Source: Phoronis australis (lineage: Eukaryota > Animalia > Phoronida). From it: a stretch of 64,000 nt of DNA. The notes under the pieces are model-generated. The model worked only from the letters and a program-made list of their open reading frames with translations. It searched no databases and was not told where the DNA came from. This document shows, piece by piece, positions 1-12,660 of this stretch. The stretch is from assembly GCA_002633005.1 (NCBI GenBank), contig NMRA01000096.1, forward strand, positions 620,001-684,000, written 5' to 3'. Made by a program: the position numbers and the translations under genes. Positions within the stretch are counted from its first letter, which is position 1. Every line of letters begins with the position of its first letter.

Positions 1-281
1 AATCAGTAGTTCTCATTGTTGACACAAAGTAATTTAATATGGATTATTCATCAATTCATTCTTAAAATATGGGCTTATGTCTGAGGTACTAGAGGACTTA
101 TGAAGGTACTTGCCACATAAACATAGCCAATTTTAGTTCTAACAAAACATAAAAATAGAATGACATTGCTTTGGAGAGCATTTGAAGAAAGTTGTTCTCT
201 CATCACTGGTTCGTAGTTGCTTTTACTCTTTTCAATTTGAGTCAGGTGATATAATCACCATGTTTACTTAATACTCTGTAG

Positions 282-3200
282 CATGATGGAGTCGAGAAGT
301 ATCAGGACTGGTTCTTGGAGCGAATACAAGTTACAAACATGAAAACGAGGCAGACATTTATGTTTAAGTGTCATCAGTGGCTGTCACTTTTTGTTGGAGA
401 CCAACAGGTCAAACGGAAACTGTTAGCTGAGGAGAAGGAAACTGAAATAAAGGGTAAGTTTGTGGATGATTGTCTTGAGTCAAGCAGTTCATGGTCTGTT
501 GCGCTTGGTGTTTTCAATGCGCTATTTTTAATTATTATTCAACGCACCACCTATTGTCTGTTAAGGTATTGTTGAATTGTATTGCCGTGTAATTGAAGCA
601 TCTCAGCAGTAGTACAGTTTTATTTGGGACTTATGAAGTGGAACTTGAACCAATGTTATCAGATTGGTTTTAACGCTGTTCGACTGCGATTGTCAACATT
701 CTTGGTAGTTTTTTCTCTCCAAAGTTATTGACATAAAGTTTTTCATTGTCATTGCTAACTTTGGCAATTCTATTACACCATTGCAAACCCAGTACAAGTT
801 GTTTCAGACAATTTTTATAAATCAAATTCTCCGTTTAGGGTCTTTCTCTTTTGGCAATTTTGAGCATATTTTCATTCCATGAGTAGACCTCAGGGGAATT
901 CACACACACTTTGTGTATAATACATGACCAATCTGTTCCAGATTACAAAGTCCATGTTTCCACTGGAACCAAGAGACTGTCTGGTACAGATTCCAATGTC
1001 TTCATCACTTTATATGGCAGGAAGGGTGTTAGTCCAAAGTTGAAACTTCAAGATAAATCTAAGAACTTGTTTGAGCGAGGACAGACCGATACCTTCAGTC
1101 TAAGCATTGAAGATGTTGGCCCGCTGACTAGAATTAGGTAGGTGAATGTCTCGCTTTAGAATAAGGGCATGGGGGTAAGATATACTCTCATCCTCTGGTG
1201 TTATAACATGAGCCTTGAAATGAATTCATTTTTATGCGCCCACATATTTATATGTGGACGCATTATGCCGTCATCTCCGTCCGTCCGTCCATCCCGGCGG
1301 CGTCAGGCGTCCAGCGTCCGCTGCTTTATCTCCAAAACCCTTTGACATAAGTTCACATATGTTCCATTCATGAATGGGACGGCATGTGCGAACTTTCGGA
1401 GGGATCTGACTACCGGTGTGCCCCCTAGTGGCAATTTTAGTTTTTTACGCTTACCTTTTTATTTTCAAAAGTCCTGAACGGATTTTCATGAAATTTGTTA
1501 TGTAGGCACCTATTAGTGAGATGACGCTATCCTCCCGTTTTCTGATGGATTTGACGTAGTTTGCGCCACCTGGTGGCCATTTTTACTGTTTTCGAGTATT
1601 TTTGCGTCCACCCCTCTATCAACCAAACTGCTCAAAGGATGATTGTGAAAATTGGCGTGTATGTGCTTATTATAAAGAGGACAGCTGACAATGATTTTCA
1701 GACGATTTGGACTACTGTGGCGCCTCCTAGTGGCAGTTTTTTTGCGCCTATGGCTGTATATCCTAAACCGTTCGCAGGATCTTTACAAAATTGTATAAGT
1801 ATATTTATATGATGTTAGCAACGAAAGATGACGACTTTTGGACGGATCCGCCTACCAGTGTGCCCCCTAGTGGCAATTTTATTTTTTTACGTTTACCTTT
1901 GTATCTTCACAAGTCCTTAACGGATTTTCATGAAATTTGGTATGTAGGCACCTATTAGTGCGATGACTCTATCCTCCCGTTTTCGGATGGATTTGACCTA
2001 GTTTGCGACACCTAGTGGCCATTTTTACTGTTTTTGAGTGTGTTTTTTGGCGGCCACCCCTCTATCAACCAAACCGCTATAACTATGATTGTGAAAATTG
2101 GCATGTATGTTCTTACTATGAAGAGGACGGTTGACGCTGAATTTCCCATGACTTTGATTACTGTGGCGCCTCCTAGTGGCAGTTTTTTTTTACGCCCATG
2201 GCTGTATCTCCCAAACTGTTTGCAGGATCTCTACTAAATTTAACAAGTGTATTTATGGGATATTGACAACGACGATGACAACTTTAGCATGATTCTGACT
2301 ACCGGTATGCCTCTAGTGGCAATTTTAGTATTTTACATTGACCTCTGTATTTTCATAGGTCTTCAGGTGTATACTTTGTGTTACTTCGTGACTATGAAGG
2401 AAAAGTTCCAAGTAGAAATTTGTTTCTGGCATTCTAATGCTGTGCTAATCTCGTATGTTGGTAAATTTGTTTTTAATTCTATGTTTCTGTGGTGCTTTAA
2501 GCAACTGATGTATAGGATGTGTTTGTATTATGAAGATCACTCACATTTTGCCCCTAGCCTATTGAGGAGACAATGACCTACCAATAAACAACCCTAGAAG
2601 GATACCGTATACGGTGCAATTGTGAGCGCATTTCAACGCTCTGCGTTGCTCTTGTTAGTTTAATAAGTCTGCTTAAACCCATATTAGGTCTAATACCCCT
2701 TGTGTGCTACAGTATATTTGTTGTGAAAACTTCTGCGAGCAATCCTAAACTTTTCAGGAACCTAAACAGTGGGTCCATATTTTGTTTGTTGGGCCAAATT
2801 TTATGAGGGGATACATTTTTAAGTAAAAAACGTGATAGGGTACATATTTCAACTTTCTGGGTCCATGTCGCCTTCATTGTGAGGATGAAAAAGTAGGCTT
2901 TCTTTTTGACTAATTGTAAATTTCAAATAAAATAAAATGTCTTGAGCATTCTTACCTGTACTTATTCATGATCATGTGGAACCTTTCAATATATTTATAA
3001 AATCTTCATTGTCATTCAAGATCTATACGTCACCAATTCAACTAGTGTATACAATGTAGCCAGACGCTACATATTTCCCAACCGCCAACTATGAAATGCT
3101 TCTTACTGATTGGGATTACAATAGCCAATTACCACAACTCATGGCCAAGTTCATTTGTTTGAGGATTAGGGAACAGATATGCTTATCAGCGATAACTGAC

Positions 3201-6200
3201 TGTTTAAGACTATGCTGACTTTAAAAACTTTAACTCGACTAATAACTGACATTATTCACTTTTTAGGGTTGAACATGATGGAACAGGGGCTCATTCTGGT
3301 TGGTTCCTGGAGAAGGTTGTCATCGTAGATCAAGACGACAAAACAAAAAAGTCCATATTCCCCTGTCATGATTGGCTGGCTAGGGATGAGGGAAATGGAG
3401 AGTTATGGCGGGATATTGTCGCACGCAAGACATTGACCGAAGATGGAGCTGAATCTGGGACTGGAAAGTCAAAAGGTGTGGTATTGTGTTATTTATAGCA
3501 CACTATAAATATTGATAAGTGATGATAATTCTTTGGTAAATTGTACTGTCATGAGTAATGTTACCACCACTGCCTCTAACTAGTATCATTATGTAAATGT
3601 AAATCAATGGCATTAAATATTTTTGTGTCATGTGAACGGACTACTATGCACAAAAGGGAATTTTTTCTGCTAATTTAAGCTTATGTGGGACCCTCGAACA
3701 ACACGTCAAACTGCATCTTTCACTTTTTCTCAAAAGAATCCTAATTAACTCAACTTGCCTGGCAAGGAATACACTCCCTCGTGGAACAATTGTATAAACT
3801 ACCAATCAGTTAACATGCCATATAAACACCAATGATTTTAAAGTGATGTAGGATGTTGGCTAACTTTGGAACATAGTGATTCAGAACTGGCTGATCGGAT
3901 TCAACCGAAACTTTCATATGGTGTGCTTTGCGCATAATGTTCTCCAAACACTATGGTTGGAAATTGTTTTTAAAATCTTTTGCTTTAGTATGAGAAGTTA
4001 TCAGATATAGGCCTTGTTGAAAAATAAGATATGATGAAAACAAACCCATAACATCTTGAACATTTATGGGAAAGGTAATTGGTCAGTTGTTTTTCAAGAA
4101 AGTTTTTTACTAAAAGGATGTTGTCGTGTAATCCAATTAATGGTAGATTGGTATAGAGTCAAAGCTAAAATTCTAGTCGTTCTACTTTTAGAAAATATAA
4201 TTCTACATTTACCGAGTTAAATTTTGTAATTGTGTTACAAGTTTGACTTAATGCACAGATTTGTCAATGAAGTCCCACGTGACGTTATATCAACACTGAT
4301 GTCTGAGAGGAAGTCGGTGTGTACTTTGTATGCTCATCTTTAACAAGGTTTGACCATTTGCAGCAATTCCAAGTGCCCGTTGCTTGAAAATATGTTTCAA
4401 GAATACCCCATTACTTGTTGACTAATGCACTCGCACAAATTGGCCAACAATTCGTTCAGTGCCGTTTCAGAACCCACAGTACCTTATGAAATAGATGTTT
4501 ATACTGGCAACAAGTTTGGCTCCGGTACAAATGCAAATGTTTTCACCCACATCTTTGGGAAGCTGGGGAAAGTTAAGAAGTTGAACTTAACACCGGAGGA
4601 CTGCATCAACCATAGTGACCCATTTGAGTCTTCCCAAGTGGACAAGTTTCAGGTATGCTTTCTATTGAAAATTATCTAAACAGGCACTCATAATAGTTAT
4701 CTATACACTCAGTTCGCTTCTCTTCAAGTGTTATATACCATACATGTCTGGGTAACTGCCCAGTTTCGGCTTGTCACCCACCTTCAAATTTTCAAAAAGT
4801 TCACTTTAAATACCCACGGCTCTGTGCCCTCTCCCAATTTATACATTCAAGACTTTTGTCACTCCCGTGCTTTTGTGATCATCCGTCTGCGGAGAAGTTC
4901 ACCTACTAAGAAAACCCACACTTTGGAAAAACCCCTAAAATCTTGTCCAGTTTCAATTCCAAACAATTTCAAATCAGTCAAAAATGGTAAAAAACAAGGA
5001 TTCGGTAACTTTAAGTTCAATAATTAGTCACCTCTAACGTTGCTAGTGTGTCATAGAACCTATTTGTCAAGTTTATCTTAAGGCCATCTCTTTCATTATG
5101 GAGAGTGAGTGCGTATAATTTTGCTCAATTACACGTCATAAAGAATGAAGTTGATTGCTTGCTACTGAGGCTTTCATTGTCGCTGCAAACTTTACTGTAA
5201 TGAAAAATTGGCAATGTCCATCTTTACCTATTACCGCTGTATGCAGACTGCAACAAAGGTGTGTCCACACTGTTGGAAAGTTCAACATAACTGCTGATGT
5301 GTGTGTTCATGATGGTGTTCGATTTACTAATATGACATTTGCCTGCATTTTGAATTAGAATAGAAAGTAAAACCAAATTGTAACAATTTTGGGTTGGATT
5401 GATTAATATAAACATGATGAAATAAAAACAGAGTAGACAGTCTGGTTTCTCAGGGTATGTGAAATTGAAATCTTCATATATGATTGTGATCACTGTCTCC
5501 ATGGTTTTCTGGCTAATCCTTTTGTTCCCATTGGCAAGGTGCATTACCTATAAACTTTTATTTATTTTAATTTATATGTCTTTTGATCTATGCTTCTTAA
5601 TTTGTTCTGTTTTTTTATGTTGAGTGCATACTTTTTTGTAGTTTGACTTGAAGGATGTTGGTCAAATCACCAAAATATCCATTGGACACGACAATACTGG
5701 TCTCGGTGCTGGCTGGTTCCTAGACAGGGTGAGTCTATTTAATGAGAGGGTTGCGATGTTGTGGTGTTGGTTGGTTTTTTGAGCCTTGGGGTAAACCATT
5801 GTCAGGGGTGCAACATACTATTTCCTTCACATACTTGGGTTTACTGTAAAACATTTAAATACTTATTCATATTTATACTGTCATGTTTGAATAGCTTACT
5901 CTCAGTAAATGTGAGACTGAGTGGCCATTTTTTGTCACTCTAAGTAAAACATAATGTTACATCACCTAAATTTTTATTTCATGCACAGTGTGATATTTTC
6001 TTCCAGGTAATTATTCGCAAATTTCTGACGTCAGCGCAAATGAAAGCATGGTTTGACGAAGAGTCTCACAAGGCGTCCAAGAAGAAAATGCGAAAAGGAA
6101 AGGGAGTGAAAGGCAAAGACGTAGAGAAGGATGTTGACAGTTCTGATGAGGATGCGCCATTGTCAAGGAGGAAAGGCGAAGAAAAGGGAAGGAGATTTGA

Positions 6201-7281
6201 AGATTCAGGTAGTGATGACAGTGAGTCTGAAGAAAGGACGTCAAAAAGGAAGACGGAGAATAAGAAAGGAAAGTCAAGTGAATCTGAAAGTAATGGCAGT
6301 GACTCAGAAGGAATGCTGGAGAAGAAGAAAAAGAAAAGAGGGCTCCGGAATGGGTCTGATGATGAGAATGATGATGATGATAGTGGCAAAGTGCGTGATG
6401 GAAAGAAAAATAAGAGAGTAGCTAGGAAAGACATTGGTGATAAAGGTCCTAAAAGAGTTGCCAAAACTTCAAAGCATTTGTCGGACGATTCAGACTCGGA
6501 AGAAATGACTTACAAAAGAAAACAGAAAAGGGGCAAGCAAACGACTGACAGTTCAGACAAGGATAGCGACAGGGATAAAAGGAAAAAGAAAAAAGAGTCA
6601 AAGAATGGAGTAAAAGAGGGCGACTTGGAGAAAGATAAGAAGAAGTCTAAAACATCATCAAATGACGGTTCGATTATGAAAAAGTTAAAAAAGACATTGA
6701 GTTTTAAGCTCTTTCAGTCAAGTGATTCAGAGTCTGATGAAAACAATGAAAAGAAATCAGAAACTTCTTCAAAGAGTAGCAAGAGAAAGGACGAGGGTGA
6801 TAAATCAAAACAAATAGTGGTGTCTACTAAAGAACGGTTGAAGAAATCAAAGAAACATTCCTCTTCAGAGTCTGAGGAATCTGGTTCAGATGATGTTAAA
6901 AGACGAAAGTCTGAACACAAAGGTAGAAAAAGTCATGAAAAGACACATCAGAAAAAGTTTGTTATTAATGATAGCGATGACGAAGATGTGAATGATAAAA
7001 AGAAAAAGCGAACCAGACGAAGCGCTATGAACAAACATGGTGTGGCGTCATCTGAAGAATCGGAGGACGAGGTAGAAGGTACGAGTGACTCTGATGAAGA
7101 TAGTGATGTCGATAGAACGCGAGCAGGAAAACAGGCAAATAATCTACCAAAACAAGTGCCTTACTGTGACGAGTATGTGTTTGATTGTGGTCGGTGGCTT
7201 GCTGAAGATGAAGGAGATGGCCAGCTCGTTGTGCCTCTGGTACCTTCTGGAAAGACAACCTTGTATAAATCCACACGTTGA
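282..7281 (+). CDS. Multi-PLAT (LH2) domain protein, LOXHD1-like; last six coding exons (gene starts upstream of the window)
   Basis: GT-AG exons join in frame: 282-453, 942-1137, 3267-3475, 4471-4652, 5642-5728, 6007-7281 (TGA). Repeated PLAT motifs: [88 protein letters not shown]. Confidence 0.88.
1229..2656 (+). mobile_element. Non-autonomous Helentron/DINE-1-like element with internal ~445-bp tandem repeats
   Basis: T-run, then 5' hairpin ATGCGCCCACATA/TATGTGGACGCAT, a (CCGT)n microsatellite near 1277, and repeat units starting near 1403, 1844 and 2291. The 3' end has sub-TIR TGTGAGCGCAT (2621-2631), hairpin CAACGC-TCT-GCGTTG (2634-2648) and a CTTGTT end. Confidence 0.75.
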
Positions 7282-8644
7282 AGGACTGAACCGGTGTACA
7301 CTGCCTGGCCTGCTTGTTGTGTCTCTGCCTCCTGTATATGTTGAAAGGCTGTACAAGAGCCTATTTCTGGACATTGTTACTGAAACCAGAAAAACTGCTA
7401 GTCTCGTTATATTCTCGTAACTTTTATAATTATTTTGCACACCTTTAAAGATCAACACATTCTCCGTACTTTACTAAGCTATGTGCTTGGAGATCATTTC
7501 ATAAACTGATTTTTTAAGTCTTGGTCACTTTGAATCGATTCCTTGAATGCATTTAATTGTTTTAAGCTACACGTTTTTACACACAGGTCATCAGCCAAAG
7601 TTGTCTCTTCATGTATTTACCAAGCGACTGAGACTTATACCTTGTAAAATGTAGAGTCAGGCATATTTATTGGACGAATTGTAATTTTTGTTTCATTGAG
7701 CACAGTTCTGTTTTTCCCTTGGTAAATATTTCCAAGATCCACATGCTGCTTTTCTCATGTGGCAAGGCTAATTGTTTACATATTATGGCTCGTTTCAAAA
7801 TGTACTGTGTGAGCTGCTTTACTGACCACATGCCAGTCTTTGTTTTGATTTGTTTTAGGGTTAAGCAATACGATTTTATCTTTTAATTGTTACGATAACT
7901 TTATACACAGTATACGCACCATTATGAAGTGCTGTTAGTACAGAAGAAACTGCTCAATATTGCAGGTTACTGTTATTAAACTTACAGGGATACTATACCC
8001 GGATTTTAACTATTTAATATTTACATCGACTTATAACACTTAAATCTTTGAAACAAATCAATGCCTTAAAAGTTTGATTCAAGTTCGACAACTCCTTATA
8101 AAATATGCTAAATTGACGAGCACAATTTAGGCTTTAGGCGAACTCATGGATCACTATGTGGGGAGGCTGCGCATCTTGAAACACTTCATCTATTTTGTGA
8201 CAGCGTGGGGAAAGGTTTAGCTGAACAATGCTTTCATCTTTCAGGCGAAGTACTAATTACCTATAGCAAGAGACTGAAACAATTTGGGGTAAAACTGCAA
8301 GACATGGTATAGTACAGTATCCTTTTCAGGCCAAAACTGTTTTCCTTTTAGTAGCAAATCAAAGAGTCATGTAGAGTTAGTACGGTATTTTATTATTTGC
8401 CTAAGAAATCAGTAATTTATATTTCAGTTACTGTTATTTACTCAAGAGTTGCAAAACACGTGTACTTTAGAAAAATCAAGGTTGATAAAACAAGGTAAAT
8501 ACAGTGAAACTCGCAAAATGGGACTCAACCGGACCAACAGATTTTATTTGAGTAAGGAAAAGCGATACTGACAAGCCAAGTGCATGAACAAGAGCTACGT
8601 ACCATGAAAGAGAGCTATGCACCATGGACCTTTGACCTACTTAA

Positions 8645-9090
8645 GAGTATGTAGGACCTTATCAAGTTGTTGGTGTCTTTAGCCAAATATATACAAAACT
8701 ATAGTTTTTAATTTGATAAAAGTATACATTTTCTGAAGGAAGCCGGTAGAATTGATTTTTGACTTTATGCTAATCTGCTATTAATTGGATCATGTGTTTT
8801 TGGAAAAAGTTATCCATAGCAAAGCAAATTTTGTTTGAAGTCCCAAAAACACTGCTACAGTTATCTGAATTATCACTTCCTTTTGGTGCCACTTTTGAGT
8901 CTTTTCATAAAAATGTGAAAGTCCTATAATTTGATAGCCCTTCATGCTAAAATGAAAAATTTTAACAACGTTTTGGAGAACAATGCATAAAGTATGATGT
9001 CAAAGTTTCATACGGACCCGATCAGTCACGTCAGAGATATGATGTTCCAGTTTGTCAAATTTGGCACTTTTACAAGGGTCGTACATAACC
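8645..9090. mobile_element. TTAA-flanked non-autonomous DNA transposon (Kolobok-like)
   Basis: TTAA on both sides; imperfect TIRs GAGTATGTAGGACC / GGGTCGTACATAACC. Confidence 0.5.
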
Positions 9091-10053
9091 TTAATAAGTG
9101 AAAATCGGTCTTATGCTAGTTGAACATGTGCGAGTTTTGTTGTACGAGAACTCTGAAGATTTTCACCAATCATGGCTCAAGAAAAAAGTTTTTTCACACT
9201 TAAAAATGTCTTGGTAACACAATCAAGGACACCATATGACTTAATGAGCGTCTGATTGAATACTGTAATTAGGTAATAGTAAGGACTCGTTTAGTCAACT
9301 TCCATTTAGTGACTGTAAGAAATCCTCAACATTAAGGTCAGCTTGATGTTTGGTTACACAAATGTGATTATAAACGGAAGATTCACCTAGACGTGTGGAG
9401 CAAAATATTGTGAAAGTATGATATATTATGCACTGTCATGGCTTAGGGTTATTTTTTATTCACTTTGTCTGGATAATGTGCTACAGTCATCCAGCCATTT
9501 AAATTGCACTGTGTGACAAAATGTTGAAAAACACCAATTTTCCATTTAAGTTACATTGAAGTTGGCACAAGCCACTGAATACATTGCTATGGAAACTGCC
9601 TTTTCATTGAATAATATTTCAAGTTCTGTGCAATACACTCAAAATTTGTCTCTAAAACTTTCAGAGGACTTTCATTGATAATATTTAACGTTTTAATTGT
9701 AATAATATTAATTTTAATTCGTTTGACACTCAGTGTTGTTACTTTTTTCACAACATGTCAACAGATGACATTGTAATGTACATGTTAAACTTGTTCTTAA
9801 TTACTTCATGCAGCAGCTGTCCCAGTACACTAGTCCAAAATCGTACCAAAACAGTGTAAAGATTCCACTTCATTTAAAAAACAGGAACCACCTTGATAAA
9901 CAGTTGTCATTAGGGAGTGGAAGAAGTCTTCTTCCATTACCGAGTCATCACTGCTCCACCATATCCAACTTTCACTGAACAGATAAATGTTCCAACTTAA
10001 AGATAAATTCCTTTGCTTCTATTTCTATAATCTTTGATGTTGGTGATTCTCTG

Positions 10054-12175
10054 TCACCTTGTCTTTGCCTTCTTGATGTGAGGCTCTACGCTGACTTTGT
10101 CATCATTACCATCGTCATCATCTTCATCATCATCACCATCCTCATCTAAAACATAAGTGTAACAGTTGAGAATGCATGCTAGAATTTATATATACGAGAA
10201 ACTGCATCAAAATTTTTAATCTTAAATTCTCAACGCACCTGGGTCCAGTATCTAATCCTTGTGTTTGAAATTGAACTCGAAATAACTTTTGGCATTTTCC
10301 AGTATATTTTTGAGCGATCTCAAGATAAGTGTCTATAAGTTTGTGATCAAGTACATTATAGTTCATGCATATTAGTTTATAGTCCGAGATTTAAGCTAAT
10401 AACTCTAGCAAAATGTTGAAATTTCGAGTTCAGACTTGAACTTTTAGCCTAAATGGCAGGGAAATTATTTGGGAACAAGGATTAGATATTCATGTAAGCC
10501 ATTATGTACTAGAACATAGAATAACAGACACTTATCTCAAGTTGGCAGAAAAGTAGAATTATGCCAAATATAATTTCGAGTAAAAGATTAGAACCAGAGT
10601 AATATAGAAGACTATGAAATCCCTTTCCACCACAGGAATATTCGCACTTCCAAACTAATGTTGCCATATTCTTTCGTCACAATTGAAATAGTTGACAATA
10701 TAGAACACCTGAAACAAACACTACGTGTTGAATTGTAAGGTGTTCCAGAAGCCAGACATTGTATGTAATGTGTGTCATGTGAATGAGGAACACAATGAAA
10801 TGAATTTTATAGTCGTGATCCAATTCAAAAGATGTCGTAGATACTTTAACCCTGAAAATCGTTAGAACCTGGTTGATTGGGAATTTCAAATAACCAAGAG
10901 TATGAGATTTATAATAGTTCAGTTGCGTGATTGTAAAAACAACGAAACGGATTTGTCTTGATTCAAAATTTAAATCAGGCTTGTATGAAATGTGCACACC
11001 ATTCCGCAATGTCTTCAATATGATAGACCACAAATTCTCCTAAAACACTAAAGTTTTGAGCGACATGAGAGGCATGACAATAGCCAAGTAGAGTTTAAAC
11101 TCTCTGCTATATGTAGATTCTGAGAACAAAGAGTTCAATGTGAGCGGCACAGCTAGCATGAATACAAACGCAAATGCGTGTAACACGGAAGTACAAAGAA
11201 CTAAAACACTGGCGACACAACATACAAATTCACTTAATATTTTCCTGTTGACTCCTGATTAATTTCATCCATTTAATTAATTAATAAATCTATTACCCTA
11301 AGGCCCCCCATCAGAAAACCACCCTAACAAAAAATAAGCCTCCACAGAGGAGCATAGAAATTCAAAGCAAACCTTCATCAATATCACCTGTCTGCTGTGT
11401 GGTTGAGCCGCTGTTTAGTTTAGCCTTCTCTAAATCCACCAGTACACTTAAGGCATCATTTGCCTGTTGCTGGATCTTCTTTAGAGAATCTTGTAGAACT
11501 GTCCAGTTAGCTGCAACAGAAATATAGCCAAATAACAACAATAAGATAAGAAGCCATTGTTTAACTGGCTCAAAACCAAGCAGTCCCTCGTTCAGTTTCT
11601 AAAATCGGTAACAGGCCATTTTTACACTGCGCACGCAGGGGATATGACGTCATACCACCTGCCGCGTGCAGTGTTAAAAATGCAGCTTCCAATTTTGGGG
11701 AACTGAACGAAGGACTGCTCAAAGAAAAAGTTTGATGACGGGAGTACTTCATTGGCATTGTTGGAAGAAAATAAAGACATGAACACCCTCCCAAGGTGTC
11801 CCTCTTTATGCAAAAGGTATTTATAACAACATGAGTTTGTTAGTTTAGTCGATGTGTGGCATAATTCGTCGAAAAGCTTCACCGTCTCTACTGAGCCAGG
11901 TAGAGAAGGTAGACTATCTTCAAATAGTAGATAGTATAGATAGTGATACTGAAAGTGATAGTAAGTAAACGGGAGACCGGTTCTCAACACGGGACACCCG
12001 TGTATGAGAGACTATTACCCTGAGAGACTGCACAGTTTTACAACAATAGTTTGGTTTAACAGGAGTAACTCTAGAGAGTGCTCATTAACCTACAGCTTTC
12101 ATCGGTACCAGAGGGTAGCGAAAACACTTGCGAAGTTCCGTCAGGTTTCTTCAACACGGCTTCCACAGTCGCCAT
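10054..12175 (-). CDS. GON7: Small acidic 103-aa protein, probable EKC/KEOPS complex subunit GON7 (C14orf142-like)
   Basis: Exons 12175-12094, 11510-11373 and 10145-10054 have GT-AG boundaries and consistent phases (82+138+92=312 nt). Translation: MATVEAVLKKPDGTSQVFSLPSGTDESSNWTVLQDSLKKIQQQANDALSVLVDLEKAKLNSGSTTQQTGDIDEDEDGDDDEDDDDGNDDKVSVEPHIKKAKTR. Size, the beta-beta-helix N-terminal half, the Asp/Glu tract and the basic C-terminal PxxKKxK match my recollection of GON7. The gene model is firm; the name is inferred. Confidence 0.68.
11579..11719. repeat. 141-bp near-perfect palindrome (MITE-like hairpin) in intron 1 of the GON7-like gene
   Basis: Outer arms AGCAGTCCCTCGTTCAGTT / AACTGAACGAAGGACTGCT, inner arms TTTTACACTGC..CGCAGG / CCTGC..GCAGTGTTAAAAA, centred on TATGACGTCATA. 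Confidence 0.8.
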
Positions 12176-12461
12176 TGTAGCCGCCTATGCAACAAAAATA
12201 ACATAATATGTATCCCTTTTTGGGATAAATTTCGGTAAATCACACTTTTTAACAAATAATTACCAGAATTGAGGCACCTTGTCTTTTAAACAGACGATGT
12301 TAACAGATTAATGTCAAGCGCGGACATTTGATGTGTTTAATATTGTCATAAGCGATTTCAACTCGAAACGGGAAATGTGGAGTGTAGTCTAACCTTGGCA
12401 CCTCTTATGTAGGTTGACGAGAGTAGATAGCAAAGTAATCTTGCTTTGTGGCGTTTTTCAG
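12176..12461. promoter_or_regulatory. Probable bidirectional promoter with a putative non-coding first exon of the C14orf119-like gene
   Basis: The minus-strand ATG is at 12175. A plus-strand donor CAG|GTATGC follows 12461, and the downstream CDS is preceded by the acceptor TTTTATTGCAG, so it needs an upstream non-coding exon. Confidence 0.45.
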
Positions 12462-12660
12462 GTATGCATATTGAGTTAGAGTCGTTTAACGTCTTCTTTA
12501 TCCAAAATCAACTATTCTTTAATGCTCTGAATTCATACTACTAACCCTATTTGCATCATTTTTGTACTGCCATCTATTGGCATAGTTATGATTGTGACTG
12601 CAAAGGCAGATGGTCACCAACCTTGTATGCTAGAATGGACCAGGACCACGGTTGCTGGTC

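Noticed and set aside
1561-2576. ORFs 1561-1812, 2034-2237 and 2247-2576 with similar peptides
   Set aside because: They are translations of the internal tandem repeat of the Helentron-like element, not exons of the PLAT gene.
6011-6920. Ser/Phe/Leu-rich minus-strand ORFs
   Set aside because: Antisense shadows of the purine-rich low-complexity exon.
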